From an uncultured Nitrososphaerota archaeon (lineage in GTDB: Archaea > Thermoproteota > Methanomethylicia > Methanomethylicales > Methanomethylicaceae): 55,430 nt of DNA. The notes under the pieces are model-generated. The model worked only from the letters and a program-made list of their open reading frames with translations. It was not told where the DNA came from and did no database searches. The stretch lies in assembly GCA_964477685.1 (NCBI GenBank), contig CAYZHK010000002.1, forward strand, positions 1-55,430, written 5' to 3'. Below, piece after piece: positions 27,557-36,552 of the stretch (positions are counted from its first letter, which is position 1; every line of letters starts with the position of its first letter). The translations under genes and the position numbers were made by a program.

Positions 27557-29014
27557 ATGATCGAGATGCCCAAGCCCCCCGAGCGCAAGGTATGGTCCGA
27601 GAACTACAGCGACTGGTTCCATAAGGTGATAGCCGAGATACCAGTATACGACACCAGGTATCCGGTCAAGGGGACCGGGGTCTGGACACCCTTTGGCTTC
27701 AAGATAAGGAATGCAGTGACAACCATCATGAGGGACGAGCTGGGCAGGACTGGGCATGACGAGGTGCTCTTCCCGCTGCTGATCCCGGACTACATGCTCA
27801 ACAGGGAAGGCGAGCACATAAAGAGCTTCGAGAGCGAGGTCTTCTGGGTCACCCATGGCGGCACCACCCCCCTGGACATAAAGCTGGCCCTGAGGCCGAC
27901 CAGCGAGACCTCCATTTACCCGATGTTCAAGCTGTGGGTTAACGCCTACTCCGACCTTCCCATTAGGATCTTTCAGATAGTCAACGTTTTCCGGTATGAG
28001 ACGAAGGCAACGAGGCCAATGATAAGGGTCCGCGAGGTGAGCACCTTCAAGGAGGCCCACACTGCCCATGCCACGAGGGGGGAGGCCGAGGAGCAGGTCA
28101 GGCAGGGCGTGGAGATCTACTCGAGGATCTTCTCGGCCCTGAAGATACCCTTCGCCATCTCGGTCAGGCCAGAATGGGACAAGTTCCCAGGTGCCGAGTA
28201 CACCATTGCCTTCGACACAGTCCTTCCCGACGGGAAGGTCCTGCAGATAGGCACAGTCCATTTCCTGGGCCAGGGTTTCGCAAAGGCCTTCGACATCAAG
28301 TACATGCGCGCTGACAACGAGTACGAGTACGTCTGGCAGAATTGCTACGGCATTTCCGAGAGGCTCATTGCTGCGCTCCTGTCGGTCCACGGGGACGACC
28401 ATGGCCTTGTGCTGCCCAGCACTGCTGCCCCGGTCCAGGTGGCAATAGTCCCGATCGTCTACAAGGGGAGGGACGAGGAGGTCGTCGCCCGCTGCAGGGC
28501 ATTGAGGGAGGAGCTGGTGTCCAAGGGGTTCCGCGTGGCGCTGGACGACCGCAAGGAGATCACGCCAGGGAGCAAGTATTTCACGTGGGAGCAGAGGGGG
28601 GCATGCGTCCGAGTCGAGCTCGGGCCCAGGGACTTGGAGGGTGGGACGATGGTGCTCGTGCGGAGGGACACGCTGGAGAAGAAGATCATCCAAGGGGGCG
28701 CTCTCATGTCAGAGGTTGAGGCCATGCTATCGAACCTGGACGGGAACCTTGCAGCCAGGGCAGAGGCCTGGATGGGCGGGAAGCAGTGCTTTGTAGCTGG
28801 GCTCGATGAGGCGAAAAAGAGGCTTGATGGCGTAGGGGGCATAGTGGAGGCCCCATGGTGCGGCGACAGGGAGTGCGGCGAGGGGCTTGAGCAGAAAATC
28901 GATGCCAGGGTATTGGGTACCCCACTGACCGGTGGATCCCCCGTCGCTGGGGCGAACTGCGTTGGCTGCGGCAAAGGGGCTACAAAGTCCATCAGGATTG
29001 CAAGGTCATATTAG
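27557..29014 (+). CDS. proS: Prolyl-tRNA synthetase, archaeal/eukaryotic type
   Basis: 485 aa with class II motifs (FRYETKATRPMIRVREV, GISERLIAALL), an anticodon-binding domain and a C-terminal Zn domain (CGDRECG...CVGCG). Confidence 0.95.
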   Translation: MIEMPKPPERKVWSENYSDWFHKVIAEIPVYDTRYPVKGTGVWTPFGFKIRNAVTTIMRDELGRTGHDEVLFPLLIPDYMLNREGEHIKSFESEVFWVTHGGTTPLDIKLALRPTSETSIYPMFKLWVNAYSDLPIRIFQIVNVFRYETKATRPMIRVREVSTFKEAHTAHATRGEAEEQVRQGVEIYSRIFSALKIPFAISVRPEWDKFPGAEYTIAFDTVLPDGKVLQIGTVHFLGQGFAKAFDIKYMRADNEYEYVWQNCYGISERLIAALLSVHGDDHGLVLPSTAAPVQVAIVPIVYKGRDEEVVARCRALREELVSKGFRVALDDRKEITPGSKYFTWEQRGACVRVELGPRDLEGGTMVLVRRDTLEKKIIQGGALMSEVEAMLSNLDGNLAARAEAWMGGKQCFVAGLDEAKKRLDGVGGIVEAPWCGDRECGEGLEQKIDARVLGTPLTGGSPVAGANCVGCGKGATKSIRIARSY

Positions 29015-29176
29015 GCGGCATTCCCCATCAACCCCTCTGCCAGTCAGGGACTGGCTGCCACAGGGAACTCGTGCAGCCATAACTGGAGCTGCTCCCGACC
29101 CGGGGAGGCGAACGGCCGGCTGGTGAGTTTGGGCTGTCCGGCTATGCGGATAGGTACGTAAGATAGTTTCGTGTTC

Positions 29177-29188
29177 TTTTATTTATAT
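29177..29188 (+). promoter_or_regulatory. Candidate TATA box for the 29221 membrane-protein gene
   Basis: TTTTATTTATAT lies 33-44 nt upstream of the ATG at 29221. Confidence 0.3.
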
Positions 29189-29220
29189 GGAGAGAGGGAG
29201 AGACTCCAGTGAAATGAAAG

Positions 29221-29844
29221 ATGTCAAGCATAGAGAGAAGGTTGGGCAGGGAACTTGGAAGCTTCTATGCCCTTTTGGTCATTAACATTGCAGCTGGCGC
29301 AGTGGCGATGGGTCTCTCCATGAGCTACGGCGTTCAGTATATTCTTGCAGCAGTCAAAGCATTGCCAGCCATCGGATGGCTGGACGGCCTGCCCCTGGCG
29401 GTAATTGCCTTTGCGGTCTTTGGTATTGCGATAGGGTGGCTCATATCATCTGCCGAGGTCTTTAGCGAGGCCCAGGAGATCCGCGATGAATTCGAGAAGG
29501 GGGGCAATGTGGAAGACCAGAGCCCAACATCGATGATCGTGAAGACGATGGCGCTTTACCGGGAGAAGAAATCCACCATAGGCAGGATGGCGCTGGTGAG
29601 CAGGCTTGCTGGAATACTGCTCATCTTGGCTGGAGCGTACAGCCTTGCAGGGCCTGTAATCTATGGAATGTCGGGAGAACCATGGATGATCGTCGCAGCG
29701 ATTGCCATGAACTTGGGGATAGGTGCGCTGGCGCTCTACATACCGCACATCTTCTCCAATTTTTCCAAAGCCTGGGATCTCAGGCTGGCGAAGGGGGAGG
29801 AGGCGGAGGTGGCGCTGAGGAGGGTTCTGGAGGGCAAGTCTTGA
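29221..29844 (+). CDS. Hypothetical membrane protein (207 aa)
   Basis: Four hydrophobic helices with a charged central loop. No family recognised. Confidence 0.6.
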   Translation: MSSIERRLGRELGSFYALLVINIAAGAVAMGLSMSYGVQYILAAVKALPAIGWLDGLPLAVIAFAVFGIAIGWLISSAEVFSEAQEIRDEFEKGGNVEDQSPTSMIVKTMALYREKKSTIGRMALVSRLAGILLILAGAYSLAGPVIYGMSGEPWMIVAAIAMNLGIGALALYIPHIFSNFSKAWDLRLAKGEEAEVALRRVLEGKS

Positions 29845-30113
29845 AGCTGAGGATCCAGTACGAGATCTTCTGGGAGATACTCAGCTACTGCAGGGGGGCT
29901 AAGAGCTTCACGCATGTGATAAACCGCTGCGACCTGAACTCCAAGATAGGTCAGGAGCATGTTGATTTCTTACTGGGGAGGGGATACCTTACAAAAATCC
30001 AGTCGGAGGGCAAGACCCTTCTGCAGACCACGGAGCGGGCCTCGGAATTCCTTGTTCCCTTTGAGCGGATGTACCTAGAACTCTTCGAGAACAGCCCCGA
30101 ATTCAAGCTCTGA
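29841..30113 (+). CDS. Small winged-helix DNA-binding protein
   Basis: The TTG at 29841 overlaps the upstream TGA (TTGA). KLRIQYEIFWEILSYCRGAKSFTHVINRCDLNSKIGQEHVDFLLGRGYL looks like a short archaeal wHTH. The longer track ORF (29682) overlaps the membrane gene out of frame. Confidence 0.5.
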   Translation: MKLRIQYEIFWEILSYCRGAKSFTHVINRCDLNSKIGQEHVDFLLGRGYLTKIQSEGKTLLQTTERASEFLVPFERMYLELFENSPEFKL

Positions 30114-30125
30114 TTAAGGCGGGGC

Positions 30126-30509
30126 TCATTCCTTTTTGGACCTGTCGGCGAAGTGCTTTGTCAGGGATTTCGGCTTCATCTTTGAGACGATATAGTCGAA
30201 GGCCAGGACGGGGTCGCTCTTGTCGCCGCAGGTGAAGACGTCCACCGTCGCGTACTGGAACTCATTCCAGGTGTGGATTGCTATATGGCTCTCGAGTATC
30301 AGGGCAAGGGCCGAGACGCCGCCCTTCTCGCCGCCAAACTTCCAGACCTTGGTGTCCCACACGGTCATATTGGCCACCTTGGCCGCCTCGATCACCAAGT
30401 TCTTGAGCGCGGTTTCGTTGTTTATGAAAGACTGCTGGCAGCCGTAGAGGTTGCCGTATATGTGCTTGCCAATTATCTCCCCAGGATTGCCTGGGGGAAT
30501 CTCGCGCAT
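30126..30509 (-). CDS. speH: S-adenosylmethionine decarboxylase proenzyme (pyruvoyl type)
   Basis: GKHIYGNLYGC, the self-cleavage site LILESHIAIHTW, and VDVFTCG. Confidence 0.9.
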   Translation of the reverse strand: MREIPPGNPGEIIGKHIYGNLYGCQQSFINNETALKNLVIEAAKVANMTVWDTKVWKFGGEKGGVSALALILESHIAIHTWNEFQYATVDVFTCGDKSDPVLAFDYIVSKMKPKSLTKHFADRSKKE

Positions 30510-30848
30510 CAACTTCTGAAAGTACCTCCCCCAAACTCAGAAACTTATGAAATCAGCTCAGAAGTGCTTCTCTATTTAAGCTTAATCCCAGTGGAGGAGA
30601 TTTTGTAGAAAATGAGAGAGCTCAGCGCCTGCGTCTCCTCGGGAATTCTTCCTTCGGAGCGTAGACCATCCTCTTCAGAAAATTCTTGCGGTTCCGATGG
30701 AGCGGCGTTAGCCCGACCCTCTCCTTTGCAGGGACCTTTGGGGTCTGGGACCTCACCTTTCCAGCCTTTGTCAAAGAGCCGTGTGATGGCATAGATCATC
30801 CACTCGGGTTAACCATTGCGATGTGGGATAAAAAGCTTTGCGTTGGCC

Positions 30849-32066
30849 TCACCGGCTGGCTTTCCCACCCCGGATCCCCCCAACGGTCTTGGTCAGGTCC
30901 TGCAAAGGAGCGTCTGTCTTCACGGCCTTTGGGTGGAAGTGGGTCGGCGCTGCCCTGTAGCCGCATTCCTTGAGGGAGTCGATGACCATCGCGAGCTGCG
31001 GCACGTCCCGCCGGATCCTGCTGCAGATCTCGTCGATGAGGTAGTAGGTGGGGGGAAGCCCCAACTCCCCCAGCAGCAGGAGGAGGAATTTGGCAATCCT
31101 CTTTCGGGTACCCATCCCTGAGCTGTCGCAGGAGGCGAGGGCGGAAAGGAATGCCCCGTCGCCCAGCTCACCCAGCCATAGCGGTCCGCCCCTCCTCAGG
31201 GGACCGCTGCAGCTGGGGCATGAGCACAGCAGAGCGTCCCCCAGCCCGGCGGGGGATCTCCAGCCGCAGGACGGGCAGTGGAGGATGTAGCCCATTTTTG
31301 CCGCCGATTCGTCGCCCTTCTTTGCGCCCAGAGAGAGCTGGAGGTAGGCCCTGAAGTAGTGGTCAGCGCTGTAGGATAGGAGGACTTTGGTCCCGAAGTC
31401 GTGCTTGAGGGCTTCTGTAACGGCGTCGCCGATCATGAGCCTGAGGCCCGTTTCGTGGCAGAACTCACCCCTCAGCGGCAGCCCTCCGTATTTCCTGACG
31501 CAGGCCCGGGGGTAAATGCCGCAGAGGGGGGCTGTGTCTGTGGCTGTGAGGGCGATGATGCCGCCGTTCTTCGTTGCCCTTATGGCCGAGTCGACAAAGG
31601 TGGAAGGCGTGCCGAAAGGGTCAACATCAACGTAATCGAACCTCCTCCCAGGCTCGACATGCTCGCTGAGCAGGAGGTTGGCGTCCCTGCAGGCAACGGT
31701 GACCTTCCCCTCCACGCTGTTTATCTTCGCATTCTCCTTGATGAGGGGGATGGCATCCTCGTTCAGATCGGAGAATACAACCGATGAGATGCAAGGGACC
31801 TCTTTTACATAGCGAATACCACGGGCCCCTGATCCTGCCAGCGGATCGCATACCTCCAGCGGCTTTTCCCTCATGCCCGTGAAGACCCGGAGGAAGAGCA
31901 CGGCCAGGTCTCTGCTGAACTCCATTCGGGGGTTGTAGAAGACTGGGGCTAGGGAGGGCTCGAACCTCCCTCGGGCCATATAGGCCGAAGGGTCTGGAGT
32001 CAGCAGATCGGTATCGCCTTCCCTGACCCGTCGGAGCTCCAATACACCCCCCTCCTGACCATCCAC
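30849..32066 (-). CDS. trm1: tRNA (guanine26-N2)-dimethyltransferase
   Basis: 405 aa; VFYNPRMEFSRDLAV, DPLAGSGARGIRY, VDVDPFGTP, and a C-terminal Cys cluster CPSCGW...CSCPSC. Confidence 0.9.
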   Translation of the reverse strand: MDGQEGGVLELRRVREGDTDLLTPDPSAYMARGRFEPSLAPVFYNPRMEFSRDLAVLFLRVFTGMREKPLEVCDPLAGSGARGIRYVKEVPCISSVVFSDLNEDAIPLIKENAKINSVEGKVTVACRDANLLLSEHVEPGRRFDYVDVDPFGTPSTFVDSAIRATKNGGIIALTATDTAPLCGIYPRACVRKYGGLPLRGEFCHETGLRLMIGDAVTEALKHDFGTKVLLSYSADHYFRAYLQLSLGAKKGDESAAKMGYILHCPSCGWRSPAGLGDALLCSCPSCSGPLRRGGPLWLGELGDGAFLSALASCDSSGMGTRKRIAKFLLLLLGELGLPPTYYLIDEICSRIRRDVPQLAMVIDSLKECGYRAAPTHFHPKAVKTDAPLQDLTKTVGGIRGGKASR

Positions 32067-32104
32067 TGCCTTTTAAAAGCCTAGAGATGGCATATAAATG
32101 TTAG

Positions 32105-32446
32105 ATGGTAGCTGGCTTTTCCAAAGAAGGCCGCCCCTTTTTACCAAAACTCGATGGCGCAGGTTTAAACAACTCAAAGAGAATGAGGCTACTAACAGTT
32201 ATACAGCAGAACCATCACAGTATGTTATTTAGAAACAGCGCCTTTGGTGGGGTTGCATTGGGTGATTATACCAAGATTGGTGGGGCATTGCAGGAAGCAG
32301 GCGGATTGAATATAGCATTAGGTGGCCTAGCCCTTATATTTGGCATGTATTTAGCTAATTTTATTAGCAATTTTCTAGTTAATTTGGGGATGCTCATGGT
32401 TGGAGTGCCAATATTGATCACTGGTACAATAATAAAAAATATCTAG
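32105..32446 (+). CDS. Small hydrophobic protein in an AT-rich islet (start uncertain: 32105, 32183 or 32222)
   Basis: The C-terminal 60 aa form two Gly/Leu-rich helices (GGLALIFGMYLANFISNFLVNLGMLMVGVPILITG). Codon usage is atypical for this window. Confidence 0.35.
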   Translation: MVAGFSKEGRPFLPKLDGAGLNNSKRMRLLTVIQQNHHSMLFRNSAFGGVALGDYTKIGGALQEAGGLNIALGGLALIFGMYLANFISNFLVNLGMLMVGVPILITGTIIKNI

Positions 32447-32465
32447 CCAAAATTCAGGGAAACTT

Positions 32466-33128
32466 ATGCGGCTGATAGCAGGCATCGATGAGGCGGGGAG
32501 GGGGCCGGTCATAGGGCCCCTGGTAATCGCGGGAGTGCGGGTCCGGGAAGATCTACTCGGCGAACTCCTTGCCCTCGGCGTCAGGGATTCCAAGAGGCTC
32601 AGCCCAAAGAAGAGGGAGCGCCTTGCTGGGGAGATCCCAGGACTAGTCGACCTCCAGCATGTGGAGGTCATACAGGCCCATCAGATTGACCAAAGGCGGA
32701 GGGGGGAGAGCCTCAACAGGATCGAGGCCACTGCGATGGCTAAGATACTGAGCGCGTTGAGGCCGGACATGGCCCAGGTGGGCAGTGTGGATGTTGTCTG
32801 CGAGCGTTTCAGGTCCATGATACTGTCGGAGATGGATGACGCAGTGGAGATAGATTCGGTCCACCATGCGGAGGATCGGTTCCCCGCCGTGGCTGCCGCC
32901 TCCATCATTGCCAAGGTGGCGAGGGACCGCTTGGTGGAAACGCTGAGGAGGGAATACGGGAACTTCGGGTCGGGTTACCCCAGCGACCCCAGGACAAGGT
33001 CATTCATAAGGGAGTGGTACGGCAGGGAGGGCTCGCTCCCGCCCATTGTGAGGAAGAGCTGGAAGACGGTGCAGTCGTTGGTCGGAATTCAGATGGGGCT
33101 GCCCTTCTCAAGGCGGTCCTTGGAATAA
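32466..33128 (+). CDS. rnhB: Ribonuclease HII
   Basis: MRLIAGIDEAGRGPVIGPLVIAGV, DSKRLSPKKRE, AASIIAKVARD. Confidence 0.95.
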   Translation: MRLIAGIDEAGRGPVIGPLVIAGVRVREDLLGELLALGVRDSKRLSPKKRERLAGEIPGLVDLQHVEVIQAHQIDQRRRGESLNRIEATAMAKILSALRPDMAQVGSVDVVCERFRSMILSEMDDAVEIDSVHHAEDRFPAVAAASIIAKVARDRLVETLRREYGNFGSGYPSDPRTRSFIREWYGREGSLPPIVRKSWKTVQSLVGIQMGLPFSRRSLE

Positions 33129-34063
33129 CCCCTGTCCTCGATCCCCAACATGCGCTCGAGATCCTTGACCGACTTTAGCTGCTTGATCTCCTCGGGCCGC
33201 AGAATATAGATGTCAGCTCCGTCGGGTTTCCGGTCGCTGGTAACCAGCACAGGAACCATGTCCAAGAGCTTCGCAAGCTCGAGGGCCTTCTCGACCCTCG
33301 AGTTCAGGTCCTTGGCCTGACCCTTCTCGTGGGTGAGGAAGCTGACGCCGACGGTTCTGGCATGCACGTCGATGGGAGCGTAGTCAAAGCCCATGGCCCT
33401 GCATCCGATCTCCTTCAGTTTCCAATGGAGCTGCCTGGCCTGTGGATCCGATGGGGCCTTGGCCTCCGGCTCCCCTGTGCACTGCCAGTCAAAAATGTCG
33501 ATCCCTTCGGTGAGGCCGACGTTGAAGGCCTCCTCGATCCTGGCCACAGTCTCCAGAGTTGCGCCCATCCCGCCGCTCTCGTATTCGTAAACAGCCTTGC
33601 GGCTAACGCCGATCTTCTTCGCCAGGTCCCCGAGGGACATATTGTGTCCTTCCCTTAGTTTCTTCAGTACCTTCCCGTTGATCCGAAAGTAGAGCCCGCC
33701 CCTCTTGGACTGGACGAAGGGAAGCCTGCCCTTGAGGGTGGCGTTCTTGAAGGTCTCCGGGCTGACGACGTTGACGCCATACCTCTCGTAGAGGGCCCCC
33801 TCCTCCAGCCTCCCGGACTGGACCCTGGAGCCGATTATCAGCGGCGATGAGGATGTGGCAGCTGCCAAGGACTTCAGCTCCTCGGCCGCATCCCTCCTCT
33901 CGGTATCGATGTTCTCTAGGGTATTGATAATTAGCTTGACGTCACCCTTCTTTGCCACGAGCTGCAGGCAGCACTGCTCCGAGTCGACCTCGGAAATGGA
34001 GAAGCCTGCCCGGTGTAGTATTTGGAGTATCTCAATGAGGGTATCCTTGGAACTGCCCATCAT
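33089..34063 (-). CDS. Conserved archaeal HTH-type regulatory protein (COG1395-like)
   Basis: 324 aa with a central XRE-type HTH (LREGHNMSLGDLAKKIGVSRKAVYEYESG) flanked by the N- and C-domains typical of this archaeal family. Confidence 0.8.
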   Translation of the reverse strand: MMGSSKDTLIEILQILHRAGFSISEVDSEQCCLQLVAKKGDVKLIINTLENIDTERRDAAEELKSLAAATSSSPLIIGSRVQSGRLEEGALYERYGVNVVSPETFKNATLKGRLPFVQSKRGGLYFRINGKVLKKLREGHNMSLGDLAKKIGVSRKAVYEYESGGMGATLETVARIEEAFNVGLTEGIDIFDWQCTGEPEAKAPSDPQARQLHWKLKEIGCRAMGFDYAPIDVHARTVGVSFLTHEKGQAKDLNSRVEKALELAKLLDMVPVLVTSDRKPDGADIYILRPEEIKQLKSVKDLERMLGIEDRGYSKDRLEKGSPI

Positions 34064-34116
34064 CTGGATTCCAAGTTAAGGTTTGTGGGGTTTAGATATA
34101 AACCCTTTTGAAGAGT

Positions 34117-34527
34117 TCAGAGGATGTATCCGAAGGTGATCAGTGACGGGAAACGCGAGCACAGCTCCATCACCTCTGGCCGGAAGAGGAACTGGCCCTC
34201 CTTGGCTTTCCTCAGGGCTGCACCCACGGCCTTCGTCTCTTCGGCATTCCCCTCGATGCGGTAGGTGCCGCGCTTGAGGGAGGCCTCCTTCATGATGATG
34301 AGTGGGAGACGCACCTCGCCTTTCCTATTGGGCGGGACGAGCTTTGAGAACTCCTCGATCTCTTCCCGGTCCAGGCGGACCGATTCGCCGCTGGCGTTTT
34401 TGTAGGCGGGGGAGTCCTCCTTGAGGAGGTCGGAGAGCGGCCGGCGTGCCCGTGGAAGCCCCTCGTTGAGCCTCCTCAGCTCCACTTCCCAGAAGGTCTT
34501 CCCTATGCTCTCCCCGTCGCTCTCCAT
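34117..34527 (-). CDS. UPF0216/DUF61 family protein
   Basis: 136 aa. LNEGLPRARRPLSDLLKEDSP and the C-terminus FLFRPEVMELCSRFPSLITFGYIL resemble DUF61 proteins. Confidence 0.7.
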   Translation of the reverse strand: MESDGESIGKTFWEVELRRLNEGLPRARRPLSDLLKEDSPAYKNASGESVRLDREEIEEFSKLVPPNRKGEVRLPLIIMKEASLKRGTYRIEGNAEETKAVGAALRKAKEGQFLFRPEVMELCSRFPSLITFGYIL

Positions 34528-34531
34528 TGGG

Positions 34532-35218
34532 CTAGCCCAGCCTGGCCACTACCATGGCATGGTCCTTGTCGAAGGGCTCGAGGTTCTTCACGTCCACAAC
34601 CTTGAATCCCCTGCCCTCGAGGATAGAGATCTCATGCCTGAAGACTTCCATCGGGTCCTTTGTAACGTCAACGGACCTTGCCTTGATGGCTATCATGACG
34701 TGGCCCTTTGGTTTGAGGTACATGTCGGCATTGTCAGCAAGGAGCTTTGCCTGCTCCGGCTGGGCGACGTCGCAGTAGATGACGTCTGCGGCCTCAACGA
34801 AGAAGCGGTAGGCCGAGGGGGTTCGCGCGTCCCCCATTATGGGTATCATGTTCCTTCTGGGGGCAGTCACTTCCACAAGCTCACGGATCACCCTTGGCGC
34901 GAACTCTATGCAGAAGACGCGCCCGCTTGTGCCAACGATGTCAGAGACATGGCTTGGTGTCGTGCCGCTGGCGGCACCCAGGTATAAGACCCTCTTTCCC
35001 AAGGCCACGGGCACCTCGGCGATGCCCTTCTCGATGGCGGCAGCCAGTTTGCTGCGGAAGCTATTCCATGCCCTGTATTCGGTCTTCTTGAATTTGTAGA
35101 GGTCCTCACCGTAGACCTTGACCCCGGGGACCAGGTTCTCGGTGGCCAACCTCGTGCCCTCGTTGTCCTCGATATAGAATACTCCCTCGAATTTTGGATG
35201 AGCCTTCAGCGTCGCCAT
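34532..35218 (-). CDS. flpA: Fibrillarin-like rRNA/tRNA 2'-O-methyltransferase
   Basis: Start at MATLKAHPKFEGV. Motifs: YRAWNSFRSKLAAAI, VLYLGAASGTTPSHVSDIV, VDVIFADVAQP-like VIYCDVAQPEQA. Confidence 0.95.
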   Translation of the reverse strand: MATLKAHPKFEGVFYIEDNEGTRLATENLVPGVKVYGEDLYKFKKTEYRAWNSFRSKLAAAIEKGIAEVPVALGKRVLYLGAASGTTPSHVSDIVGTSGRVFCIEFAPRVIRELVEVTAPRRNMIPIMGDARTPSAYRFFVEAADVIYCDVAQPEQAKLLADNADMYLKPKGHVMIAIKARSVDVTKDPMEVFRHEISILEGRGFKVVDVKNLEPFDKDHAMVVARLG

Positions 35219-36501
35219 TTGTTGTCCCTCCTCCAATTCTGGTTCCGGTTGCGATCGCGGTCCCACCTGTCCCTCTTGCCGAAGCGGTCCCTCCGGAAGT
35301 CCCGGCCTCCCGGCCTTCCCCTTCGGAAGTCCCGTGGCGGCACCCTTTCGCGTTCGGGTGGTTTTGCATACTTCTTCCGGATGTCTGCAACCCTCTTCTC
35401 AAAGCTTTCCTTGAGGGAGGTTGCGACGAACTCGCCACCGAAAGAGTCGACCCTGGCAGCGATGGAGATCTTGCCTGCCAGCGCCCGTGCTATCTTGCCC
35501 CTCTGCCATCTAGGGGCGGTGTGAATGTCCTGGTGCTGGAATATGATGCCGTGCTTGGGCGGGCGGGCGCCGGTTTTTAGCGACCTGAAGAGAGCCTTCT
35601 CTGCACCGATGACCTGTACGGTGCTGGCGGGCTTCTTCGCCAGGGACTCCAAGCTCCCGGTTAGGGCGATCAGCCTTCCACCCAGCCCTGCGCCTATGAG
35701 CTCCCGGAGGTTTGGCGCTACGTCCTTCATGGTATCGTCGATGTACTTCTCGAGCTCGTCCCTGTAGGTGTAGAGGGAGAGCTGGCTCTCGGCCAGGGAC
35801 TTGACCTGGGTTAGGTCCACGCCGCCAATTTCGGCGCCCATGGATTTCTTGGCGGTCTCGACGATGGCCCTCGCCTTGCTCTCAGACTGGACAATCCTGT
35901 TGGCCCGCTTCTCGTCCATGTGGGACCTGTTGCCAAACTGGACCACCAGCTGCATGTACTGCCGGTGGTCTGGTACCAGGGCATCAAGCTCAGGAAAATG
36001 GAGGCCGTACCACTCCCTCACCCTGGAAACACTGATGTTGACATTCTTGTCTATCTCGTCCATGGCAGTCACGGCCTGCGCCACAAGCCTGTCCCTCTTT
36101 TCTGAGGCGGTCCTCACCTTCATCCTCAGTATGGATTCGGAGGTCTCCTTGAGCTGCGCCTCGGCCTTCCTTGCCGGTACGCCCATGGAAGTTGCCGAGG
36201 AAGCCAGGGATGACCTGAAGACCTTGCCCCCCGGGCTGGGGGCCGTCACCGAAGCCTCCACTCCAAACTTGACCTTAATCGATTTTGCCTCCAGCTCGTC
36301 TTCGCAGACGAAGCTGTCGTAGCCCATCTTTGTGAGGTCTCCGATGAAGGCCTCCAGGAGCGGGCAGGTACCGGATCTCTCCAGCTCAGCTATCTGGGTG
36401 GCCGCCTCTGCCGCGTCCTCGAAGGTCTTGGCGCTGATGAGCTTCAGGTCCTCGCCATAGGCATAGAAACCCATGAAGCTGTCAACAATATAACACTTCA
36501 T
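35206..36501 (-). CDS. nop5: C/D box sRNP protein Nop5 (Nop56/58) with an Arg-rich tail
   Basis: NOSIC/Nop domain (WYGLHFPEL, AEKALFRSLKTGARPPKHGIIFQH) immediately upstream of fibrillarin. ATG at 36501. Confidence 0.9.
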   Translation of the reverse strand: MKCYIVDSFMGFYAYGEDLKLISAKTFEDAAEAATQIAELERSGTCPLLEAFIGDLTKMGYDSFVCEDELEAKSIKVKFGVEASVTAPSPGGKVFRSSLASSATSMGVPARKAEAQLKETSESILRMKVRTASEKRDRLVAQAVTAMDEIDKNVNISVSRVREWYGLHFPELDALVPDHRQYMQLVVQFGNRSHMDEKRANRIVQSESKARAIVETAKKSMGAEIGGVDLTQVKSLAESQLSLYTYRDELEKYIDDTMKDVAPNLRELIGAGLGGRLIALTGSLESLAKKPASTVQVIGAEKALFRSLKTGARPPKHGIIFQHQDIHTAPRWQRGKIARALAGKISIAARVDSFGGEFVATSLKESFEKRVADIRKKYAKPPERERVPPRDFRRGRPGGRDFRRDRFGKRDRWDRDRNRNQNWRRDNKWRR

Positions 36502-36552
36502 AACCAACACCTACCATCTCCTATCGAGGAAGCCTGTTAATAAAGCCCGAGG

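Noticed and set aside
27551-28693. A 380-aa minus-strand ORF antisense to proS.
   Set aside because: Same reasoning as above. proS is full length with class II motifs, and the antisense product is low-complexity (P/L/G/D/H-rich).
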